Source: Octopus vulgaris (Eukaryota). From it: a stretch of DNA of 64,000 nucleotides. Where the stretch lies: assembly GCA_951406725.2 (NCBI GenBank), contig OX597821.1, positions 64,046,001 through 64,110,000 of the forward strand. The letters are read 5' to 3'. Below, one piece after another: positions 1-12,885 of this stretch. The notes under the pieces are model-generated. The model did no database searches. It was not told the DNA's origin and was given only the letters and a program-made list of their open reading frames with translations. Each line of letters opens with the position of its first letter. Within the stretch, counting starts at the first letter, position 1. Made by a program: the position numbers and the translations under genes.

Positions 1-169
1 ACGTGCGCGCGCATATAGACGCGCATACATACATAGACACGCAACCTCGCACGCATACTTACAGACACTCGCGCACACACACACACACACGTACAAATGC
101 ACACGCTCACACATTCTCTCCTCCTCCTTCCTCTATACCATTGCTTCTATTTGGTGTATTTGTGTGTGT

Positions 170-263
170 ATGCCTTATATATATATATATATATATATAC
201 ATACGTATTTATATATCTATATATATATGGGTGTGTGTGTGTGTGTATTTATGTCTATATATA

Positions 264-328
<65 letters not shown>

Positions 329-387
329 TTATATATATATATTACATATATATATTTATATGTGTATGTCTATATATGTATGTCTTT

Positions 388-445
<58 letters not shown>

Positions 446-490
446 AGATATAGATATATATATAGAGAGAGAGATATAGATATATATATG
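170..490. repeat. (TA)n/(TG)n/(TAGA)n compound microsatellite
   Basis: Directly visible; explains the YI-repeat ORFs here. Confidence 0.95.
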
Positions 491-1820
491 TACGCACACA
501 TACACACACATAGTCATGCATGTGTTTGTCCCTGTGCATACCCTGTACATTATCCGTTACTTTCTGTGTATTAATCGTATTAACTCCTAACTTGATAATC
601 TAACGAACAACTGGAAAATAACTTAGTAGCCGGGAGGAGGACTTGTTTGTTTGTATGTATTAGCTCAAGATTCTTCCGTTCTCGTTGCATTACTTTCATA
701 CCCAAATATATTCCCTTGAGTAGGAGGCTTACGTTCAAAACTTGTTATAAGGGAGTTTATATGGAATTCCATGTTGCATCTGGTTAGTGAAACTGAACTT
801 AATAAAGTCCCCAAATGGAGAGCAGTATTCAGAAGCTTGCAGCAAAGCATGGTATTCGCATATTGTTCGTTTTGAAATGAGTTATCTTCTGGTCTGAAGA
901 ACAATTACGGACATAAAACTCGAAATAATGAAATGTCACAATACAAATATATATGTATGTACGTTTGCATGTACGTATGTATGTTGGCCGGCCGGTAGGT
1001 AGGTAGGTACGTAGGGAGGGAGGGAGGAGTAACTATGTGTATGTAAGGCGTGGAACAGCTGAAAGTTTAAAATAGTATAGCTATCTATCTATCTATCTTT
1101 CTAACTATACGTATGAAAAAGTGTGTATGTGTGTGATAGCAAGAGGCTTTTCGTGTGTACGTATGTAGGAAATTATAGCAATCCTGGTGATATTTTGTTG
1201 ATAAGTGATGATAGGTTGAGCATGTTCACGCCCATTATCCATCGGTTTGTTTTTCTTTTTTTCCATATAGGATTTTATCGTCTCCTGTGCCACATTATAC
1301 ATATATAAATGTATGTATACATATTTATGTACGTTTGCATGCTTGTATGTATATATTTACGACATGTGTATGTATACGTATGGTAAATGTGTTTCAAAGT
1401 TGTGGTTTCTTTAATATGTTTGTTCTCAAACAATACTTATTTTAGTGCTGTTGACACCGACGGATTGAATGGTACTGCTCAGGTGTTGAAACCATAATGA
1501 TATCTGCGAGGCAGCTGATGAAGGAGGTATGTTGGATTATTGGTATGGCTGTCTATGTATATGTAGAATAATATTATAACACATCCATATATATATATAT
1601 ATAAATATATTGGGGGTGTTTGTCTCCCCTTCGTAAATGTATATAAGGATACAGGAAAAATGTGTCGAAGCCATCAGGAAGCGTCGATGCTTCGTAGGGC
1701 TAAACAGCTGTGGTGTAATCCCCTACTATCACGTTCACGCTAGATTGACAGTATACAACAATTCTATCGCCCCACCACCGTACATATCTCTATGAGAGAT
1801 TTAGAACTTTAATATTTCTG

Positions 1821-1861
<41 letters not shown>

Positions 1862-1867
<6 letters not shown>

Positions 1868-2058
1868 AAGTTAATCCAAACATCAAAACACAACAACGCG
1901 AGGTCGTGAAACAAATATAGTATTATTGGACGCTCATGAAGGAAGGGAAGAAGGAGGGTTTTACGTTTCGAGCGGAGCTCTTCGTCAGAAACATAGGAAA
2001 AGGAAAGATCCAGAGAAAGGAAGACGGAGGAAAAAAATCGCCAACGGTACTCACGCGG

Positions 2059-2062
<4 letters not shown>
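1862..2062 (-). mobile_element. ~200-bp hammerhead-containing repeat, family H1 (probably derived from a Penelope-like element, PLE), copy 1
   Basis: Near-identical inverted copy at ~37736-37941; both copies are flanked by microsatellites and contain an HHR motif. Confidence 0.7.
1958..1992 (-). ncRNA. Predicted minimal type-I hammerhead ribozyme (H1)
   Basis: Minus strand: GUUU-CUGACGA-A-GAGC(UCC)GCUC-GAAAC-GUA^-AAAC. Stems I and II pair; stem III is the loopless palindrome ACGU. Confidence 0.75.
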
Positions 2063-2144
<82 letters not shown>

Positions 2145-2574
2145 ATACTTTGACACTATGCATACTGTGTGTATGAGGTACAGTTTTCTTGTAGTCAGCC
2201 TTCGTACCAAATATATGAAGTTATATTTGTTTTAGACGTCTTACTTGTTCTTAAATGTATAATAGCATTATCTGTTCTAGTTGGCAGCCAGCCTGTTGGT
2301 GAAGTGTTAATTCTCACAGTTTATGAACGTTGGGAAAAGTGCTGGTGATAATGGTCATGATACACACTAGAAGTGTTAACTTTAATATTATAATTAATTG
2401 AAAACAAATAGCAACAATTGGCTTCGTTTCTTACATATTAATCAAAAGCAAAAATGAGTTTGAGTAATCACGGCGAAAGAATTGGGAACATTTTAAGGGT
2501 ACATGGAATTAAAGCTGGTAGAAAGCAATGTAAATGAAATGACGTGCTTTTATGCAGAGATAAAAATTAATTCG

Positions 2575-3905
2575 AAGGCATAGCAAGATGATATTGAAGG
2601 TATACGGGCATTTCTTCTTCTTTTTTTGGGGGGTGGAATGGGGATGAGCGCATAGCTGGGAGCTGTAGTCCAAGCGATTGAGAACGAAAGTCTTCCATAT
2701 GGGGTAGCAGGGCTTCCCTTTTCCTAGTTCTGAATGGCCTCAGAATCCATCCAACAAGTCGCCTGCACAGTGTTGCCATCTTGGTAATATGCACATAGAA
2801 TGTTGCATCATTGCTCATGTGAACCCCCAGGTCACGCGCCGACTCTGACTCTCAGATCACATTACCTTCTGGTCCAGTGTATTTCGATTTTAGCTTGGTG
2901 TTGGACCAATAGCGGAGTGCCTGAAACTTCATAGCATTGAACCCTCATGTTATTTTTGTTGGCCCATTTGTAGATTTCATTCAGGTCTTTCTGCAGTTTT
3001 ATGATGTCCTCTTGGTTCCTAACTGCCTGCGATAGTTTTGTGTCGTCAGCATAACTGGTCAGATTGGCTGATTGTACCGCGTAAGTTATGTCTGAGAGAG
3101 CCACCAAATTGTAGTGGCCCCAGTACAGTTCTCTGTGGGAATCCGCTGAGAATTGGTGTCTCTTCAGAGTGAGCACCATTGGCTACAAGTGCCTGACTCC
3201 TGCCTTTCAGAAAATCATGCATCCACTCTCCCAGTTTCCCGGTAATACCAAGGTTTCGGAGCTTGTGACATATCATGCCATGATCAACCTTGTCGAAAGC
3301 CTTGGTAAAGTCGAGGTATATCACGTCTACAGGGGACTGGTTTAGCTGTTACTTCAGTACCCAGTCAAAGTGCTTCAAAAACTGCATGTTTGTGAGAAGG
3401 TTGTTTTCTTCTAGGAACATGATCAGCCTTTTTTCTGAAAATGCGTTCCATTGTCTTGCTAACATGTGAGGTCAGAGAGATGAGCCTGTAGTTGCTAACA
3501 TGTGAGGTCAGAGAGATGGGCCTGTAGAGATGCTCCCTCTTTTATGGACTTCTAGCAAGTTGGGACGTTTACCACATGCAAGGAAACTCCGAAAGAGTGT
3601 CTGCTGTGGCTTTGCAAGAGACTTTTATGTCTTTCAGAGAACGGCCAGGAGTCTATCTGGACCTGTTGCTGAGTTTGATCTCATCTCCTCAATGGCCAAT
3701 ATTACATCATCTTCTGTTATGTTGATGTAATCGATAGTTGCCTCTTTTCCGAATAGATCCATTACACAGAAAAACTCCTTCGGCTTATTTATTTGCGTAT
3801 TTTCCAGTGGAGAAGTGAAAACACTTCGGAATTATTTATTTGGTGCTTCATTTATCTTCCCTGGGTCTTCAGCTATTGAGCCGTTTCTACCAAATAGTGG
3901 CCTTA
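2575..3905 (-). mobile_element. Degenerate CR1-group LINE ORF2 (RT) fragment, family A-related
   Basis: Frameshifted RT motifs IYLDFTKAFDKVDHG, PQRTVLGPL, SYADDTK, GWILRPFRTR. Collinear with the 22.3-24.9 kb copy; carries an internal 36-bp tandem duplication at ~3456-3527. Confidence 0.9.
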
Positions 3906-4109
3906 ATTATAACGTACCGAGGTAGACTCCTTTGCCAACGTGTAGACGGCTTTACGATTTCTTTTTATATTTTCCATTGCCCAGGTTTCTCTTTCTTTTT
4001 CATGGGAGATTTTGAGTTAATTTTCAATCTCGAAAAGTTCATCGGTCAGGCGGAATTTCACACTGTCATTAAGATATTTGTTTAAACGATATGAGATATT
4101 TTTGTTTAT

Positions 4110-4121
4110 GTATATATGTAC

Positions 4122-4180
<59 letters not shown>

Positions 4181-4486
4181 CATATACATGCGTATATATA
4201 TATATATACATATGTATATATGCATGTATGTATATACATATACATGTGTATACATATATGTATATATATATACATACATATATAATGTATATATATACAT
4301 ATATACATGTATATATATATACATATATATGTATATTTATACATATATGTACACATATAAATATATACATATATATATATACATGTGTATATATATATAT
4401 ATGTATACCTGCATATATATATGCATATATATGTATACATGTATATATATATATATATACATATATACTTGTGTGTATATATATAT

Positions 4487-4522
<36 letters not shown>

Positions 4523-4712
4523 GTGCGTATATATATACACGTATAGATATAGATGTGCGTATATACTTATATATATGCATATGTACATATATACATATTG
4601 CGTGTATATATATATATATATATATATATACATGTGCGTATATATATACACGTATATATATAGATGTGCGTATATACTTATATATATGCATATGTACATA
4701 TATACACATTGC

Positions 4713-4750
<38 letters not shown>

Positions 4751-4852
4751 GTGCGTATATATATACACGTATATATATAGATGTGCGTATATACTTATAT
4801 ATATGTATATGTACATATATACATATTGCGTGTGTATATATATATATATATA
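4110..4852. repeat. Degenerate (TA)n tract with a ~110-117-bp higher-order unit (3 copies, ~4519-4850)
   Basis: Unit acatgtgcgtatatatatacacgtat...agatgtgcgtatatacttat...cattgcgtgt recurs near 4519, 4630 and 4747. Confidence 0.85.
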
Positions 4853-6161
4853 TGCAGCTACTGCATCATTTTGATGACATTTTGAGAGCCTTGGGAGAGG
4901 GTTCCAACACTGATGTCATCTACCTTGATTTCAGCAAGGCCTTTGACAGGATTGATCATAAGATCCTTCTGAGAAAGCTGTCCAATATTGGTGTCACTGG
5001 AAAGCTGCTGCAGTGGATCAAGTGCTTCCTGTCTAACAGAACCCAACATGCTGTAGTCGAAGGAGTCAAATCCAGCCCAGCCAAAGTCAGCAGTGGTGTC
5101 CCACAAGGCACTGTGTTGGGCCCACTTCTCTTCATCATCTACATAAATGATATTACTGACACCATCAAACACAGTAACATCAGAACCTTCGCTGATGATT
5201 CCAAACTCCAGAAGGTCATCAATGGCGTGGATGACCGAATAAGCCCTCAGTCAGACCTACTGGCTGTTTTCCAATGGGCGGAAAAGAATAACATTCTGCT
5301 AAACGAAGACAAATTCGAACTGATCCACTTTGGAAGGGAGGACGCTCTGAAACTCCCATACTCCCTTCTTTCTGGAGAAATTCTCATGGCGTCCAACAAC
5401 ATCAGAGACTTGGGAGTAACAGTGGACAACAACATAAGCTGGGCTACACATATAAGCAGCAAAGTTGACATGGCCCGCAGAATGTGTTCCTGGATTCTCA
5501 GAACCTTCCAGTCGAGAGATTCCCACACTATTATCCTTCTCTTCTCCACTTTTGCCCGACCCCACCTTGAATACTGCTGTCCACTGTGGTCTCCGTACAC
5601 AAAACAAAATATTATGAGAATTGAAGCTCCCCAAAGGTCAATCACAAAAAAGATAGATGGCATGTCAGACCTTGACTACTGGGGTTGACTAGAGAAGCTG
5701 AAACTGTATTCACTCCAACGACGCCATGAACGCTACATTATCTGTATGATGTGGAAAATATTCCATCAGCACTGTCCGAATGATGTTGGCATCACCTTCA
5801 AAATACATCCAAGGCTTGGACCACGTGCCATCCGTCCACAACAAAAATCTAAATCGCATCACATAACGACAATACGGCACAACTATTTCACCTCAATTGG
5901 ACCCGCTCTCTTCTACATTACACCAGGACACATCAAAAAAGAAACTGACCACACAAAATTCAAGAAGTCTTTGAACAAATTCCTTCAAACAGTCCCGGAC
6001 AAACCACCCACACCCGGATATGTCTCCGCAAACAATAACTCTCAGCTCGAATGGGCCTTGGTGCCCAAATCCTGAATTGGAAGAGTTCGCCAGGTGGTGC
6101 TATTAAGTTAGACATGGCCTGGGCCAATACTGGCCCAAACCTTTCTAAGTTATTCTAAGTT
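4853..6161 (+). mobile_element. 5'-truncated CR1-group LINE, family B (RT to C-terminus plus 3' UTR)
   Basis: [33 protein letters not shown] and [13 protein letters not shown] in one frame, with one in-frame TGA at 5686-5688 and the ORF ending at 6075. 3' end ttctaagttattctaag; (TA)n on both sides. Confidence 0.93.
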
Positions 6162-6219
6162 ATATATATATACATATACATATATACATGTACATATATA
6201 CATGTACATATATACATGC

Positions 6220-6251
<32 letters not shown>

Positions 6252-6254
<3 letters not shown>

Positions 6255-6315
6255 GGAACATTGATCAATAAATGGATATATATATATATAAGCGTCTATT
6301 GATCAATGTTCCATG
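6252..6315. repeat. Short inverted repeat (catggaacattgatcaata / tattgatcaatgttccatg)
   Basis: Perfect ~19-bp arms around a TA spacer. Confidence 0.75.
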
Positions 6316-6947
6316 TTCTTTACAAACAGTTTCAAGTCTTATAATGTTCTAAGATAAAATAAATATCAGTCATATACTTAAATCTTATGAAACTTTCTGG
6401 CGGTCAATATTTCCCAAAATGGCCCCCATATTTCGTACGGAATTAAATCAATATTTATTTGCTTCATGATATTTTGCTGTTATAATTGGTTGCTATGTGG
6501 TGGTGGTGGTGAGGTTTCTGTGTGTGAGTGTGTGCGCGAGCGCGCATGTATATGTGTTTTTCTTTCATTGTTGCCTATGATGATGAAAGTTGTAGATGAA
6601 GATGAGATGTCAGCTGGAGATGAAAGTGTAATACATCATAGAAAGAATGAATATAAACGAGAAGAAAAAAATGTAAATTAAATAAACATGAAACTAAAAA
6701 AATATATTAAAAAATTTGTAATAAAAGAAAGGGTGAGAGAGAGTGACTGAGAAACAGAGACAAACAGAGAGAGAGAGAGAGAGAGTGAGGGATGTAAGTA
6801 GATTATAGAATGAAAATCCAGCGAATAGCGATGGTAACAAAAGATGGCGTGAAGAGGAAAGGGAAATCAACATGGAGAATAAACAAGATGAATGGTGACG
6901 AAAGATGAAGCTAACAAAACTGACAGTATGTGTTTGTGTGTGGAAGA

Positions 6948-6957
6948 AGTGTGTGTG

Positions 6958-7040
<83 letters not shown>

Positions 7041-7049
7041 GTGTGTGTG
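6948..7049. repeat. (GT)n microsatellite
   Basis: Directly visible. Confidence 0.95.
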
Positions 7050-8038
7050 CTCGTGACAGCGTGAGAAAGTTGGGAGAGGGGCAAATTCTAACGAATGTAA
7101 TAAAATGAAATATCAAAAGTATAATATAAAGAAAATGACAGGAATTTACGAAAGCTAACAGAAGAAAAAGGGAAACGTAGTAAAAAAACAAAAAAAGACC
7201 TAAAAAGAAAAAGTTAGAACGGAAAAGAAAGAAAACGTAAGAAAGGAAAGAAGGAACGAAGGAAGGAAGACAAAATAAGAAACAAACGAAATATAGTCTT
7301 AAAATAAAATAAAATAAATGAAAATGGTGACAATAACGAAAAAGAAAAATAAGGACGAAAAGTCAAGAAATGGAACGTCGCATCAGGAAGTGAAGAGACA
7401 GAGAATAACAATAACGGTGGAATTGAAAATATATTTCACATACATATATGTAAGCGTATATGGACAGTCAGCCATATGTACACAGTGTCACACGCATATA
7501 TGTACGGAAAGGGGGACAGAGAAAAAAATAACGGCAAAACAATGCATACTAATATTTCTACAGCAGCAAGATGAAGGAACAATAGCAATGATAAGTTGTA
7601 AAGCTTATGACTGTGTGACTACAATAAGAATTGGATTGGAAAAGTTGGTAAAACAACGATGTCTGATAAAAAATTATGGAAAGAAGAAACAACAAGAACG
7701 ACAACAACAACAAAATTTCTAGTGCTACATCAAAGTGTTTTGCCGTAGTATAAAAATAATTACCATAATGCAACTATAAAAGAATGGAATGGATAGTGCT
7801 CAGCTGAATGTGTCAGTGTGGCACTTAGTAAAAGTCCTCCCAACATAGTCTGTTCGAATCCCGGCACGTCAGGAATTTAACTGGATAAAATATTTTCTTA
7901 CGTAAGCGCAATGAGAAAATTTTTGCTGAGTGGTGATGTTAGCTGATTAAGCAGACTTCGTTAAATGACTGCAATTTTTATTTTTTTGCTATCAAAAACA
8001 TGATAAACATATAGACATATACATATATGCATACATGC

Positions 8039-8111
<73 letters not shown>

Positions 8112-8186
8112 AATACATACATTTATATATATATACATATACATACATATATAAATACATCTATATATATACATATATAAACACAA

Positions 8187-8229
<43 letters not shown>

Positions 8230-8231
8230 TA

Positions 8232-8500
8232 TATAAGTAAATAAATGGAGTTGAACGCAAATACTATTCAAATTCTTTTACTTTCGACATACCACTAATG
8301 GAGTTGTTTAATATCGACGCTTCGCTTAAGGATATTCCTATTCCCCCAAAGAATGCTTCTCTTTCTTTCCTGATGAGAAGATTGCATTTTTTTTACACCG
8401 TTTATTCCTTTGGAATAAAACCAATGTTGTCTTCGAAACATATGTCGAAAGAAAAATAATTTGAATAGCATCTGCGTTCAACTCCATTTATTTACTTATA
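8232..8500 (+). mobile_element. Hammerhead-containing element with ~60-bp inverted termini, family H2 (PLE-like)
   Basis: 8232-8291 is the imperfect reverse complement of 8441-8500; HHR lies inside. Confidence 0.7.
8362..8454 (+). ncRNA. Predicted type-I hammerhead ribozyme with extended stem II (H2)
   Basis: UUUCUUUC-CUGAUGA-GAAGA...UCUUC-GAAAC-AUAU-GUC^-GAAAGAAA. Perfect 8-bp stem I, palindromic stem III (ACAUAUGU), canonical GUC site. Confidence 0.85.
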
Positions 8501-8637
8501 CTATACAAATTACTGCACATTAACCCGGAGTTTAGCGTACGGTACAGAAGACAAATAAAAAAGATATTTCGAAAGCAGTATCGCCGTTAAAACAGCAGAA
8601 AATTTGGGTATTATTATCCTTACAACGCAGAAAAAGT

Positions 8638-8714
<77 letters not shown>

Positions 8715-9630
8715 TCACACATAACTTGGCGGTTAAAGTTTTATGTGACGTCCGGATGTATAGAACCGGTTATTGCATATAGCTGGTCAAAATATTACGG
8801 GCGAATTTATGACTGTTGCACCTAAGCAACAACTCTTCTGACATACTGTTTCATACTGTGGGTGTATATAGACTGAGTAACTTGGTAAAAGAAACGGAAC
8901 GAACATTATTGCTAATGTTTTACCCCTTTTGTAAAAGAAAACATTTATTTCTTATGAATTATTGATATAGCCTTGGGGAAACCTGTAAGCTGTGTGTGTG
9001 TGTGTGTGTGTGAATATATCGTTCTGTAGTTCAAAAATAGGCATGACTACATCACCAAAATGAATTTCCGCTCGCGTGGAGAAATAATGCTTCTTTTCCT
9101 CCCTTAAAAATGTAACAGGAAATAACTCAGCGCAAGCATCGTAGTTGGCTACAGTGTAGTTAGTAAGAATCGCAGAGACAGAACGTGAGTGAACGAGAGA
9201 AACAGAGAGCTTGAATATGGATTTAGTTATGCTAAGTGTGATAGTGGAGGGAGATCGTGTTGTTCACTATCAATACAAAATACATGTTTATATGTATGAG
9301 CACATATATCGCAGGCGTGGCTGTGCGGTAAGAAATGGACTTGGTAGAAAGAAACTAAAAGAAGCCCGTCTTATAAGTGTAGACGAATTTATTCTATTCG
9401 ATCCAAGTTGGTACAGGACCAATATGCATTCTACAAATTGTTTCGGAGTCTAATTAGTTCCAAAGACAAAGACTTTTCATGAAATACAAATTAGATTCTT
9501 CGTCAGGAATTACATACTGGTATGAATGATTACGACCAACAAAAATATGCAAAGACCTTTCGTAGCCCAGACGTGAACAAGTAAATGAAAGATAACAAGA
9601 ACGCTAGATATTCAAAACTATATAAATATA

Positions 9631-9677
<47 letters not shown>

Positions 9678-9714
9678 CTTTAAATATAATATATGACAAT
9701 TATTTGGTAGCCGT

Positions 9715-9775
9715 GATAAGACTCCGAGTTTCGGATGTCGGGGCGGAAACCCACGCCGCCATCCCTTCAGTTATC
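9715..9775 (-). ncRNA. Hammerhead-like motif lacking core A9 (family H3)
   Basis: Minus strand: GAUAA-CUGAAG[-]-GGAUG...CAUCC-GAA-ACUC(G)GAGU-C^-UUAUC. All three stems pair; one core base is missing. Confidence 0.6.
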
Positions 9776-10000
9776 GGGCCATCGAAAAAAATGCTATGAA
9801 AATGACCATTAAACAAAGGGAAATTACTGTGTGATTGACCGTTACTAAGACAAAAGAGCTATTAGAATGACCACTAAGTGAGTGGGGGCAGTAAAGGTAA
9901 GGGTATATATATACGCACATGCACAACAGGGCTAAAGGCAAAATACAGAAATATGTGTAAAAAGAGTGTAAAAAGTAAGCAATAAGAGCAAAAACACGTT

Positions 10001-10288
10001 TATATACGCACATACTCGTATGCACGCACAACACACGTCTATATACGCACATACTCGTATGCACGCACAACACACGTCTATATACGCACATACTCGTATG
10101 CACGCACAACACACGTCTATATACGCACATACTCGTATGCACGCACAACACACGTCTATATACGCACATACTCGTATGCACGCACAACACACGTCTATAT
10201 ACGCACATACTCGTATGCACGCACAACACACGTCTATATACGCACATACTCGTATGCACGCACAACACACGTCTATATACGCGCATAC
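10001..10288. repeat. 39-bp minisatellite, ~7.3 copies
   Basis: Unit tatatacgcacatactcgtatgcacgcacaacacacgtc; produces the 13-aa repeat ORFs. Confidence 0.95.
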
Positions 10289-10964
10289 CTGCGTATAACA
10301 AAATGGCTAATTATTTTCAAGTGATCATCATACCATAATCGTTTATAATCGTGTGCAGCACACAGGGACATAAGAATTACTCCAATTATTATGTCTAACC
10401 ATTACCGAGGATCTTTCCTGGTGTATGCACAATCTGAATATACCTATGACCACATCTTAGCGGCTGGCTCCTATCCTCAGGTTGAGAAAGTATTTCATAC
10501 TCCACACGCACGCGCGCGCAATCGCAAGCAAGCGCGCAATTATTGATACGCTATAAAACTCAGGGAACCTACTGTGGTATGATGCTCTCATATCTTCGAC
10601 GGTGCTGCTGCAGCAAGCCTGGACATCTTAGAACATATCGATAAGATCCAGCTACTAATCACTATCAATACATTCAGGAACACTAGCCGGTTGCTAATAG
10701 AAGTCTACTTTTCACCTCTCCACCTTTTCTTCCGAAAGTCTAATGTCATCTAATCTCCTCGGATTTGGTGGGGCTTACACTACCTACTCTTCGGCATTCC
10801 TCTTCTACTTGTCCTTTCTCCACTCATTACCATTTTCTGTTCCTTTCTTCATCCCCATTAGGCTCTACATTAATCCCTATACCTTGTCATTCCTGCCAAA
10901 AACGTATTCTACTTGGAATTCCGTCCACGCCAGTACTTTGACTTGTAAAGGTTCAAGAATATTG

Positions 10965-11170
10965 GTTTCAAATTTTGGCACAGGGCCATCAATTTCGGCG
11001 GAAGGAGTAAGTTGATTACATCAACCCCAGTACTCAACTGGTATTTATTTTATTGACCTTGAAATGATGAAGGATAAAGTCAGCTTCGGCAGAATTTGAA
11101 CTCAGAACGTAAAGACGGTTGAATTACCGCGAAGCATTTTGTCCGGGATTCTTCCAGCTCGCCACCTTAA
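10965..11170 (-). mobile_element. tRNA-derived SINE family S1 copy (further decayed copies at ~11455-11632 and 13060-13740)
   Basis: Reverse complement of the S1 head/body (aatttgaactcagaacgtaaag ... cagctcgccacctt). Confidence 0.75.
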
Positions 11171-12727
11171 AGTATAAGAATATTAATAACATTAATCGTA
11201 CCTGTCTAGAAATATGTGCAAAGGCCATGGACACTGCTCCATGATGCAAACCAAGTAAGCGAAAAACAGTGGCTCTAATACAAAAAATGACATATTCTCG
11301 CAAAGTTACCTTCACACATGTCTTCATTCAATTGGTTAAACTTAACAGCCTAAAAACAATAAAATCACATACTACCATCTTAGTGAAAGAAAAAACAATT
11401 TGAACACAGATGTTATTGTTAACTGAATTTACGAACTCAATGAAAAATTTCAAATTTTGTCATAAGGGCAGCAATTTCAGATGAGAGCGTAAGTCGATTA
11501 CATCGACCCCCAAGATGAAAGGCAAATTCGATCCCGGTGGCATTTGAACTCAGAAAGTAAACTCAGGACGAAATGCTTAGCGGCACTTCCACTTCTTCCG
11601 GCGAAGTAACGACTATACTAGCTTGCCACCTTACGACCTTTCTTATTAGCATATCATAAAAGTCCAATATACTATTAGAAATGTCCTAATGATAAATGGA
11701 ATGAATTTACAAAAACGGAATTAATCTAAAACAAATTTCCCTTTGCAACATTTTTAGAATATTGAGATTAGATTTCTTAGATGTTTCATAGTTTGTATGC
11801 AGACTCTACAGCTGTTTCAAGGGTAGAATGTAAACATTATCGTGCACATAATTATTAAATATATATAAATATATAGTTAATTTATCTAAACGTGATCTAT
11901 AAACCGTTTATTATTGGATGATTTTGATCTTAGGCTAGCAAAATCAGTGATGAACTGAGGCTAAAGAACAGCAACAATAAATATTATTTATTCTTCACCA
12001 GAATATAAATCTTCAACAAAACCAATTTCTCAACGAGATTAAACAAGAAAATTGCAGCTGCCACCAAACTGTGAAATTACTAGCATTAGAGACTTCAGCA
12101 TAATACACGATAAACAAAGCTACAGAAGCAATTTTAAAAAATGCGTTCCAGAAAGAAAAAATATCTCGTGAAGAACACGAGCGCAAATAGACAATTGAAA
12201 TGTACAAATTAATAAGAACACGTGAACAGCCCCCAGCGTAATATATCTGTCAAGCAGTAAGAAATTTTAAAAAATGGGAAAATAAATCTCTAGTAAATAA
12301 ATAGAAAAGAAAAATAGTCTTTAAAGATGTAAAAATAAAACAGAAACATTTTATGTAATCATATTCTCTTTTTCGCTGCATCCCTGGCCATACATGACAT
12401 TCCTAAATAAAATAATTAGTATCATGAGCATGAAATAAATTGAAAAAATCTCAATAACTGCCAGAGCATATCACATGTCGGATTAACAACATCAAAGAAA
12501 TAACATCAGTAGCAGCAACAACAACAACAACAACAAAGTCACATATATTAACAACAAGCAAATTACTCCAATCGAGAGGCCTCTTGTAAAACCAAATATC
12601 GTAAATTCAAAAGTAAAAACAAAAAAAAGAAAGAAAAATAATCCAGTAATCTCATGGGATAACTCGATCTGTGCTTTTCCACAACAATTGAAACAACTAA
12701 TTACCACTATCACTACTATTGCTGTTA

Positions 12728-12728
12728 T

Positions 12729-12782
<54 letters not shown>

Positions 12783-12885
12783 CGACGATGATGATGATAA
12801 TGGTGCTGGTGCTGGTGATTGTGATGGTGATGATGACAATGATGATGATGATGCTGGTAGTGGTAGTGGTGGTGGTGATGAGGAT
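12728..12885. repeat. (GAT)n/(GGT)n trinucleotide tract
   Basis: Directly visible; source of the poly-D/M/S ORFs. Confidence 0.9.

Noticed and set aside
1510-1645. ctgatgaaggag ... ctccccttcgtaaa as a hammerhead
   Set aside because: No GAAA in register and no convincing stems I or III.
4555-4852. N-terminal extension of the 377-aa RT ORF (likewise the 575-aa ORF at 24.95-25.43 kb)
   Set aside because: Read-through into the flanking TA microsatellite, not a fusion protein.
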